Source of the DNA: Halogeometricum borinquense DSM 11551
GTDB taxonomy: Archaea > Halobacteriota > Halobacteria > Halobacteriales > Haloferacaceae
Assembly (NCBI RefSeq): GCF_000172995.2
Contig: NC_014731.1
Location: 307,011-339,010, forward strand
DNA: 32,000 bases
Direction of reading: 5' to 3'
Part shown: in pieces, positions 25,366 to 32,000 of the stretch
Layout of the letters: each line of letters opens with the position of its first letter
Numbering within the stretch: the stretch's first letter is position 1
Program-made: the position numbers and the translations under genes
The notes under the pieces: generated by a model
What the model saw: the letters and a program-made list of their open reading frames with translations, nothing else
Databases searched by the model: none
Told to the model about the DNA's origin: nothing

Positions 25366-25596
25366 ATGGAGGCGCTTGCGTTCGCAAGCGTCTCCGCGAT
25401 TCTCATCGAGATTACGAGGGCGAACGGCTCCGAGGTGCGCCCCATGTCCGCTCTGAAGGAGCTGGGGACAGATACACCAGATGACGTTGTCGACCAAATC
25501 CGGCTGGACACCATCGACAACATTGGTTCATTTTTTAGAAACTCGAACTCGTCGGCGGGCTCTGTGCAGAGCGTTCCGTCACGTTTCGATCCGTAG
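25366..25596 (+). CDS. small acidic hypothetical protein whose stop codon lies inside the orphan CRISPR repeat
   Basis: MEALAFASVSAILIEITRANGSEVRPMSALKELGTDTPDDVVDQIRLDTIDNIGSFF... The opposite-strand ORF (25320-25616) has non-halophilic composition. No family was recognised. Confidence 0.3.
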   Translation: MEALAFASVSAILIEITRANGSEVRPMSALKELGTDTPDDVVDQIRLDTIDNIGSFFRNSNSSAGSVQSVPSRFDP

Positions 25597-25617
25597 TGGG
25601 TTCTCGTCGGCTGCAAC
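25583..25617 (-). CRISPR. orphan degenerate CRISPR repeat (type A)
   Basis: gtttcgatccgtagtgggttctcgtcggctgcaac matches the 37-nt unit at 26506-26542 with 2 substitutions and 2 single-nt deletions. The minus-strand reading begins GTTGCAGCCGACGAG; the canonical ATTGAAAC end is degraded here (ATCGAAAC). Confidence 0.5.
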
Positions 25618-25692
25618 GCGAGCCGCCGTCGGCGTTAGAACACGGGAGGAAACACGCCAACAGTCCCGCTGACAGTAGCGAAGACGAGTAGC

Positions 25693-26172
25693 CTACGGTT
25701 TGTCTAAGAGAAGCTCATTCAGGCTGTCTGTTAGCGATTCAGCCTCACCAAGTGTAGACCGGGAACGGGGCTCAGATTCCTCAAAGACTGTGTCCTCCTG
25801 CATTACGGACTCGAGATCGACATCGAGATCGACATCTGCGTCAGTAGCATCTATTTCTTTCCAGTTGGGGCCGTCTTCCTCACGGGGGAGTTCAACCAAT
25901 TCGTCGTGGACTTTCTCGACGTGGTGGTCGTCGAGAAATAGAAAATCGGCACCGCTCGACTCTGCAAGCATCACCCGGCTTACGGTACCCCAGACTTCGT
26001 ATGTTCCAGGTTCGTCAGGGATCGCGATTTCATCATCGGCGCTCAGTTCGAGCGGGTGGTCTCGGTGCGGGCGGTCAACTGCGATCGTGTCCCCCTCATC
26101 CCGAAGGACACGAATACGGACGCTATCGCCCGATTCAGGGGCGGAACGTCCGTCGACGAGTTTGTGTTCCAT
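25693..26172 (-). CDS. very acidic hypothetical protein located between two direct CRISPR repeats
   Basis: 159-aa ORF rich in D and E (e.g. DATDADVDLDVDLESVMQEDTVFEESE). The overlapping plus-strand 259-aa ORF is Ser/Arg-rich, as expected for the antisense of an acidic gene. Confidence 0.65.
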   Translation of the reverse strand: MEHKLVDGRSAPESGDSVRIRVLRDEGDTIAVDRPHRDHPLELSADDEIAIPDEPGTYEVWGTVSRVMLAESSGADFLFLDDHHVEKVHDELVELPREEDGPNWKEIDATDADVDLDVDLESVMQEDTVFEESEPRSRSTLGEAESLTDSLNELLLDKP

Positions 26173-26505
26173 ACCTGAAAGAAGAGAGTACGTTCATTTG
26201 AATCTGTTCACCCGACCATCGTCCAGATGCACACGGTGGTTTTTATCGTCCCGGTGTAGTGAGACTATGAATACAGAGAAGACTGCTTCAGGAGGAGAAA
26301 CCGGTGGAGAATCCGGGAGACTATTCGGGCAGCTGCCAGCAGAGGTGAGCGGATGGGAGCAGCATCAGCGCACGCCGGCTGACAGTCTCTTCAAGTATTG
26401 GAAGAAGGGGTCGACGCACATCGTGGAGCCTACGAGCAGGTCGTCGCGAAGGAGTTGCGTGATGGCGACATCCGCGTGACGAAACGTACCTACGACCAGT
26501 TCAAC

Positions 26506-26595
26506 GTTTCAATCCCGTAGTGAGTTTCTCGTCGGCTGCAACTCCATGAGCTTTGCATAGATGGTAGCGGGGACGTGAGTTTCAATCCCGTAGTG
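26506..26595 (-). CRISPR. CRISPR remnant: full 37-nt repeat A, 36-nt spacer, 17-nt partial repeat A
   Basis: Repeat 26506-26542 read on the minus strand is GTTGCAGCCGACGAGAAACTCACTACGGGATTGAAAC, with the canonical ATTGAAAC 3' end. The spacer is 26543-26578. Positions 26579-26595 repeat the last 17 nt of the unit exactly. Confidence 0.6.
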
Positions 26596-26632
26596 GTCGC
26601 AGTGCGGAAGAAACCCAACACGGGATTGAAAC
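26596..26632 (+). CRISPR. single CRISPR repeat of a related variant (type B) in opposite orientation
   Basis: GTCGCAGTGCGGAAGAAACCCAACACGGGATTGAAAC is 37 nt and matches the minus-strand reading of repeat A at 27/37 positions. Shared parts include GT-GCAG at the 5' end, GAAAC in the middle and ACGGGATTGAAAC at the 3' end. Confidence 0.5.
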
Positions 26633-27005
26633 TCCGCAGAGGATCCCCGCGAATCTCTTCGCACTGGGGGTTACAGTTCAACGAACACATTAGGAAAGCA
26701 GCTAATCCGGATTGGGATTATTCGTTTCACGCCATCTGGGAGCCTCTCCCCCTGTACGAGGGCGCCTATCACCATTAGCGACCGGAACACGCTACCACTC
26801 AAAAATAGGCGTCTCAGAGGACGACGACACCAATCCAATACGACCCCTGCAAATCACTGCTACGAAGACCTGATTACTGAGAATTGTTGATAGCTCTGTG
26901 TCACTTAATCTCCGGAGCGTCCTATTTCGCGTCGGAGAAACGAAACACGTCAATGAGAAGTACGTGGGCGCTAAGGGCTGAGAAGAGAAGTAAGCGAGTC
27001 CGAAG

Positions 27006-28214
27006 CTAGATGTCGCCGTTGATGATATCTGCGACGCGCTGGCGGTCGAAGAGCTTCGTGTCGCTGGTCACGTCCCCGAAGACATCCGGATACAGCTGCT
27101 TCGCGGCCCGCTCTGTCAGGAAGAGGTTGTGAATTGGTCCCTGGCGGAGGTAGCCACCGCGATAAACGCGGTTATTCTGCACAGCCGTCAATTCGCTGCC
27201 AACCGGATGATCCTTCATATAGGCAAGGACCGTATCGCGGAACTCTGACGCCGACTTCTGTTCGTGACCCCTGATCAGGAGCACGTCGGGGTCGACTTCG
27301 AGGAGGTTCTCGTAGTCGAGTTCGCCGCGATTATCGGTACTAAGGTTCTCGATGTCGGTTCCGGCGAGAGCGTCCGCCACGCCGAGATCGTTCCACTGCT
27401 TCTTGCTCGTCCCCTTGTCGGTCAGGCGGTACGGCGAGAATGTGTCAGGCTCGTTGGTCCCCTCAAACGTGAGCATCACGTTCGGGCGCTCGCCGGACGG
27501 CGGCATTCGCGACTGGATTTCGGTGATGAACTCATCGTGGTACTGCTTGAACGCCTCGTACCGATCGCGCTCCTGGAACAACTCGGCAACCTTCTCGAAG
27601 GCCTCGTATAGCGTGTAGAACCGGTAGTCATGCCAGCTGTCGGATCGTCGGAAGATCATGTTCCCGAGGAACGGCCCGACCTGCTCGCTAATCTCCGCGA
27701 TGTCCTCGTCCCTCCAATCGAACCAGTTCCGCAGCATCCCGGTGTCGATAATGTGGACGTCACTATCCATTTCGTAGAACAGTTCCTTCGACATCCCGGC
27801 TTCGACCAAGTCGTTCTTTTCGATCCGGTCTTTGTCAACACTCACACCGGGTAACTCCTCGTAGACGTACGTGTAGTACTCGCCGGGCTGCCCAATGCCG
27901 ATCATGCTGTCCGCATGACCCAGTGCAACACCCATGTCGGCGTAGTCACCGCCGTAGGGCACCCACTGCTCCGGGATCGAGTCGAACGTGACCTCTCCCA
28001 TAGGAGCCATCGTTACCGAGTAGCTGACATCCTCGGTCGCCGTCTCCGACTCGGTGCCGGTCGCCGTCACCGTTGATGTTTCGGTCCCCCCGGTGTCGTC
28101 GGGCGCAAACAGACCAGCGCAGCCAGCGAGAGCGCTGCTGCCGATGACTGCACCGCCGTATTTCATGTAGTCACGTCGCGTCGGTGCCTTGTGCCCACCG
28201 CTATCTTCGGACAT
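27006..28214 (-). CDS. ABC transporter substrate-binding lipoprotein (iron-siderophore/cobalamin-type periplasmic binding protein)
   Basis: MSEDSGGHKAPTRRDYMKYGGAVIGSSALAGC has a Tat motif and a lipobox, followed by a Thr-rich linker. The length and conserved stretches (e.g. PDVLLIRG) fit class III SBPs. Start placed at the ATG at 28214. Confidence 0.8.
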   Translation of the reverse strand: MSEDSGGHKAPTRRDYMKYGGAVIGSSALAGCAGLFAPDDTGGTETSTVTATGTESETATEDVSYSVTMAPMGEVTFDSIPEQWVPYGGDYADMGVALGHADSMIGIGQPGEYYTYVYEELPGVSVDKDRIEKNDLVEAGMSKELFYEMDSDVHIIDTGMLRNWFDWRDEDIAEISEQVGPFLGNMIFRRSDSWHDYRFYTLYEAFEKVAELFQERDRYEAFKQYHDEFITEIQSRMPPSGERPNVMLTFEGTNEPDTFSPYRLTDKGTSKKQWNDLGVADALAGTDIENLSTDNRGELDYENLLEVDPDVLLIRGHEQKSASEFRDTVLAYMKDHPVGSELTAVQNNRVYRGGYLRQGPIHNLFLTERAAKQLYPDVFGDVTSDTKLFDRQRVADIINGDI

Positions 28215-28521
28215 ACGTTTTAGGCCCACCTAAAACGATATAGTTTCTTCGGTCTGTAGACAGTTATGCTCAATTAGCAGTAGTTGAAAACCCGGAGATT
28301 CTATTCAGCAACGCCCCCCGGTAATCAGTCGATATCTGAGGTACTCAACCTACCCTTGAGAACGTCGGTGAATATCTATCGAGATTCTGCCAATTGAATT
28401 GGACTGGGTTTCGCGGGAGTCTTTGTCCATATCGTCACGAAGATTCCACACACTACCCTATCGGTTCTTAGTTAAGTTCCGGAGGTACGACTTGTATTAA
28501 ATCGTTCGCTGATGTAGATGG

Positions 28522-28973
28522 TCACGATATCCTTCTCGACGGCCATTTCAAACCCGTCTTCCCATTCGCCGTTGTCTCAATAATTGTCAAAGTAGAGGGC
28601 CCAATATTCGCGTTCACTGTAACCCCATACTGGTATATTCTCCTCGTATCCAGTTCGCCAAAGCAAGTACTCACCGACAGATTTGCTTCGTCCTCCTGAA
28701 TGAGTTGGTAGAGGTCGTAGAGTGTGATAACCACTATCCGTTCGTGTTCTGCGATTGGTCATGGATCTTGCCCATTCCCAATTGTTGATCGGCCCGCTCG
28801 TTACCAGAGTACAATGTGGGAAGAAATCCGTCAAGGATGACTATGCCGTCCGTATCCATCTCACCGGAGTTCTTGTTGCCGGTGAGGTTATACACTAAAC
28901 CGAATTCATCGTCTAGACTGTCAAGATAGTCTAGAGCGTTATCTATCTGATCGACAGCCTGAGTCACTTTCAA
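28522..28973 (-). pseudogene. probable frameshifted gene remnant, function unknown
   Basis: Three overlapping minus-strand ORFs each carry a protein-like piece: MKVTQAVDQIDNALDYLDSLDDEFGLVYNLTGNKNSGEMDTDGIVILDGFLPTLYSG, VITLYDLYQLIQEDEANLSV and GEYLLWRTGYEENIPVWGYSEREYWALYFDNY*. Confidence 0.35.
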
Positions 28974-29638
28974 TGTAAGTGATGGCTTAACCTGCTTCCA
29001 CTGGCGTGTTACGATTACGGTCCTATTTTTGACAATGGATGCTGTTCACCAATGTCTGTTGGAGCCTGCGATAATTTTATGACAGATACACATCAATTAT
29101 TATGATATTATGGGTGGAGGAAGTGGCGGTTATCATCGGCGGGGTGGAGGAGGGTCGGATGGCAGTGTAGGGTGCCTCTAGGGAGAGCGTGGGGGATGTC
29201 GATGCGGATATCCGCACTCTGTCCCCGTGTAGTCGGTATTTACAACACTGGATATATGTGAGTAAAACAGACAATCCCGCCGACATCGAAAGCAAATGTC
29301 CTCGAAGTTCTTTGAGGAGGCCTGGACGATGCTCTGCGAGGTGTTCATCGCGTATTCGTTTCCGCACCTGAGAGACTACCTCATGACGACTGACTGTTGT
29401 AGTTGACCAGATCACTATGAGTGGATTCCAGCGCTCAGGCACGGAAGGAAATCAAACCTGGTAGGCACGAGAGATTGTTTCGGTGCGTGTTAGGTTTTCA
29501 GTCCCCTATAAAACCCGCTGGAAGGCTGTATTTCCATTCTCATATTCCCTCACAATAGTATTCAATTCCATTATGACTCCCACATCCTGAAATGTAACCC
29601 AACAAATTAATTACTGCCTACACTTACTTGACAATTGC

Positions 29639-30742
29639 ATGTCAGAACGTGCTCAGGACGTATCTGACGAGGACGGCTATGTTGAAAAGTTGCGAGACAA
29701 AATTGGCTCCGGTGGTGGCTGTGCTGAGGCTTGGCAAGCAGCACAAGAGATCCGTGATTCTGGTTCGGTAAATGTGGGCCGGCGAAAACTACTGACTGGT
29801 ATCGGGGCCTCTCTCCTATTTGGAGTCAGTGCGACTGACGCCGTTGCTGCCACCAGTGGAGAAACATCGGAAGACTTGGAAACTGAGGTTACAGAACTAG
29901 ACGGGGCGAAAAAGAAAGAGGTCATCAAAACCGCCCAAGCAGACAGTTCCGTGCAGTCGGCGAGAAATAAACTACAGTCCCGAGGGTGGACAGCGAATGT
30001 TGACGAAGCTACAGCACACCAATCAGTCCATGAGGGCGAAAAGAACCTGACTGTCAGGATCCCGTACCAGAACAGCGATGCGTCTCCAAGTGGAGTTCAG
30101 GAAGATGCCGGTATTATCTGGAGCACCTGGAGTAGTGGCCTGACGCACGGTTTCATCAGTCGGCGTGAGGTCCGGAAAGGCGCATCCCTGTCCAAAGATG
30201 CGAAAGAAGCGTACGAGCAGAGCGATATTGACCTCCAATCTACTGACACGGTCCCTGTTGAGATCTCATATACGATCTTCAATGAGGATCAGTCGGACTC
30301 ATCAGATAGTGCCACAGTTCAGTCCACCAAGGGAACCGAAAATACGGGAGAGGACTCTTCTAATTCCCTGATTGTTCCTGTGCAGAAATCGTCGTCGAGG
30401 TCGGATTCGGTTAACTCTGGAGCCTCAGTTCAGTCTGCCGGGGAAGCCACAACCCAGGGCATTGCTGACTGCGCCTGCACCGCAACTCTGGGAACGAATC
30501 CTGTAACAGCATGTGCCCCCTGTGGTACCGTCAAGCCCGACTGCCTGGTACAGATAATCAGTAACTATGGGTCAGAAATCGGTGCTTGTGCTGGTTGCGC
30601 CACCGTTGCGGCCCTTACCAGTGGTGCGGGAGCCATTGCGGGAGGATGTCTTCCCTGTCTGGGGACGATTGGAGAAACTGTAGCTAGTGGTAAGATCAAT
30701 AGCGTTTGTTGCTGGTGTAACTTTGGCGGAGACATTATCTGA
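29639..30742 (+). CDS. Tat-signal protein with Cys-rich hydrophobic C-terminal region (halocin-precursor-like architecture)
   Basis: GRRKLLTGIGASLLFGVSATDAVAA is a Tat signal, and an in-frame GTG at 29774 would give a canonical short n-region. A ~230-aa acidic/Ser-rich middle part follows. The last ~93 aa contain 12 Cys in a Gly/Ala-rich context: DCACTATLGTNPVTACAPCGTVKPDCLVQ...GACAGCATVAALTSGAGAIAGGCLPCLGTIGE...SVCCWCNFGGDII. Confidence 0.8.
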   Translation: MSERAQDVSDEDGYVEKLRDKIGSGGGCAEAWQAAQEIRDSGSVNVGRRKLLTGIGASLLFGVSATDAVAATSGETSEDLETEVTELDGAKKKEVIKTAQADSSVQSARNKLQSRGWTANVDEATAHQSVHEGEKNLTVRIPYQNSDASPSGVQEDAGIIWSTWSSGLTHGFISRREVRKGASLSKDAKEAYEQSDIDLQSTDTVPVEISYTIFNEDQSDSSDSATVQSTKGTENTGEDSSNSLIVPVQKSSSRSDSVNSGASVQSAGEATTQGIADCACTATLGTNPVTACAPCGTVKPDCLVQIISNYGSEIGACAGCATVAALTSGAGAIAGGCLPCLGTIGETVASGKINSVCCWCNFGGDII

Positions 30743-30781
30743 CTAAACAACCTAATTCTTCTTAGAACGCCTACACCAGAT

Positions 30782-31066
30782 ATGGACCAGAAGCGTGTGA
30801 CTGGTATCGGATTTTTTGTATTTGGTCTCGCCGTCACAGCCTACAGCTACGTGACAGCCATCCCGTTCCTGGTATCACACACAGTAAACTTGTGGAGTGT
30901 CGGTGCTCTCATCATTATGATTTCAGGGGTCTGCCTCTCTCTCATTGGGATCTACTCCACAATTTCCCCAGAAGGTCGGTTTGCAGTAAATACGAGATAT
31001 CCTCTCATATTTGGAACTATTCTATTTATCTCTGCTATATTGATATTATTGGATATAATCACGTGA
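30782..31066 (+). CDS. small 3-TM membrane protein downstream of the Cys-rich precursor
   Basis: 94-aa ORF starting 40 nt after the upstream stop, on the same strand. Hydrophobic helices are IGFFVFGLAVTAYSYV, LWSVGALIIMISGVCLSLIGIY and PLIFGTILFISAILILLDII. Confidence 0.6.
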   Translation: MDQKRVTGIGFFVFGLAVTAYSYVTAIPFLVSHTVNLWSVGALIIMISGVCLSLIGIYSTISPEGRFAVNTRYPLIFGTILFISAILILLDIIT

Positions 31067-31467
31067 ATTAGAGCAGATATCTTTGATACCTTCTTTATTC
31101 ATGTCTCTACGATATGCGTTCGGTGATGTTTCCTTGGTATTTCTTAAGTGGGTACGTCAGATGTTTTCTCGATAGCACTGCCAGACATCGTATACGCTGA
31201 CAAGTACTATAACCAGGGCTAACAGTGCTAGTACCCACCAATTATGATTACCGCCGTCTCCGAGATGCGCTCAACGACCCACGACTCTCCACCGTCGAAG
31301 ACATATACAATCCACACAAGCACTATTAGCGTACTACCCCGGCGCAGGATGTCGTGGGAAATCTGTCGGTCATGAATCGGCTCTCCGTTCGAGAACGAAC
31401 GTTTCCGTACAGACTGTACGTATCTTCGCCTCATTAAGTGAGCAAACACCCTATACGAGTGTACGCG

Positions 31468-31600
31468 ATGATCGCCTGCTACACTCGGGTCTCAACAGAG
31501 GATCAGAACCTCGACCGACAAATTTGCCACTCGAGACAACTCGTCACCGCAGGGAGTTATAGATCTGTCTGGCTGCCGACCTCTGCGATGGTCAGTGCCA
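31468..31600 (+). pseudogene. serine recombinase (resolvase/invertase) N-terminal remnant
   Basis: MIACYTRVSTEDQNLDRQ carries the catalytic-serine motif (Y-x-R-V-S-T-x-x-Q). Recognisable sequence is lost after ~20 codons, and the region overlaps the 3' end of the convergent membrane-protein gene. Confidence 0.5.
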
Positions 31601-32000
31601 TTCCGAAAACGAATAACCCGTAGCCGGCGATCCCCGCCGCAAGCGACTGTTGGAGCAGGCCGACCGAGGTCCCTGCGCCGATTCCCCCACCAAGCATCCC
31701 GACCGTCCGTGACGAGCCCTCACCAGACGTGGCTCGGATCAGTTCTACGTTGTCGAGCGCAAACGCCGTCGTCGTCCCATATATGAGTGGAATCATCGCC
31801 ATGAGACCGGTGTTACCGTTGTCAACGACAGCTGTCAGTGCCATCACTCCGAGACCGACAACCGCCGAGAGGGCGTACCGAATGGACCGTCGCATACCGG
31901 TATGTCGTCTGCGTTTCACTTCACTGTCCGGGATTGTATCCTGTACGTCATTCCTATCAGTTTCTGAGGATTTCAACAGATCCAGTCTCCCCTGAATCAC
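31557..32000 (-). CDS. membrane protein, 5' end probably outside the window
   Basis: The ORF runs to the window edge, so the start is not trustworthy. Gly/Ala-rich hydrophobic helices are YALSAVVGLGVMALTAVV, LMAMIPLIYGTTTAFAL and AAGIAGYGLFVFGMALTIA. Confidence 0.5.
   Translation of the reverse strand: MIQGRLDLLKSSETDRNDVQDTIPDSEVKRRRHTGMRRSIRYALSAVVGLGVMALTAVVDNGNTGLMAMIPLIYGTTTAFALDNVELIRATSGEGSSRTVGMLGGGIGAGTSVGLLQQSLAAGIAGYGLFVFGMALTIAEVGSQTDL

Noticed and set aside
25700-26479. 259-aa plus-strand ORF overlapping the 159-aa acidic ORF
   Set aside because: Its first two thirds are Ser/Arg-rich, the typical antisense image of a D/E-rich gene. Only the part after about 26268 (MNTEKTASGG...) lies outside the acidic ORF. 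That part may be a separate small or fragmented gene, but I cannot support it.
26669-26720. Possible additional degenerate repeat 37 nt after repeat B (gttacagttcaacgaa...ccggattgggat)
   Set aside because: It only matches at the two ends and would need a ~12-nt insertion. That is too weak to call.
29077-29442. 121-aa minus-strand ORF and a 24-codon Gly-rich plus-strand mini-ORF (from 29112) upstream of the halocin-like gene
   Set aside because: The composition is not acidic and there is no motif. The region is AT-rich intergenic and promoter-like. Neither can be supported from sequence alone.
1-32000. cas genes, rRNA, tRNA and orc1/cdc6 were looked for
   Set aside because: No ORF in the track shows Cas, Orc1/Cdc6 or integrase signatures, and no rRNA- or tRNA-like sequence was recognised. 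Absence is judged by eye only.

Overview
The window appears to come from a halophilic archaeon (class Halobacteria). This is inferred from very acidic predicted proteins, twin-arginine signal peptides with lipoboxes, an ISH/IS6-type transposase remnant and a Halobacterium-style RNase HI. I cannot name a species.

By eye the composition is mosaic:
- 1-11.9 kb is a lower-GC block. It carries two very large helicases: an SF1 UvrD/helicase-IV-like protein with a long coiled coil and an embedded nuclease-like module, and an XPD/Rad3-like protein without Fe-S cysteines. It also carries a zinc-ribbon protein and a membrane-anchored AAA+ ATPase. An ADP-ribosylglycohydrolase lies just upstream of the ATPase, at the start of the next block.
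- 12.4-17.8 kb is a GC-rich, housekeeping-like block with a DUF4177 protein, RNase HI, SfsA, a frameshifted MNT nucleotidyltransferase and a decayed membrane-protein gene.
- 17.9-32 kb is an AT-richer, heavily decayed accessory region.

Four things in the accessory region stand out:
1. Two imperfect inverted repeats of about 410 bp (18307-18720 and 23517-23919) have perfectly conserved sequence blocks. They bracket a 4.8-kb cassette holding a wHTH regulator, a Tat-lipoprotein, a Tat-secreted protein, an internally deleted IS6 element and broken ABC-exporter pieces.
2. Scrambled orphan CRISPR repeats (37 nt, ending ATTGAAAC) occur with no cas genes in the window. Two repeat variants are fused head-to-head, and a 0.9-kb ORF-bearing segment sits between two direct repeats.
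3. A Tat-signal protein has a 12-cysteine hydrophobic C-terminal region, with halocin-precursor-like architecture. A small 3-TM protein follows it.
4. Several gene remnants are present: a serine recombinase, a RelE/ParE-like toxin and a helicase-like piece.

No rRNA or tRNA gene could be supported. All functional calls rest on motif recognition by eye. No database search was run.
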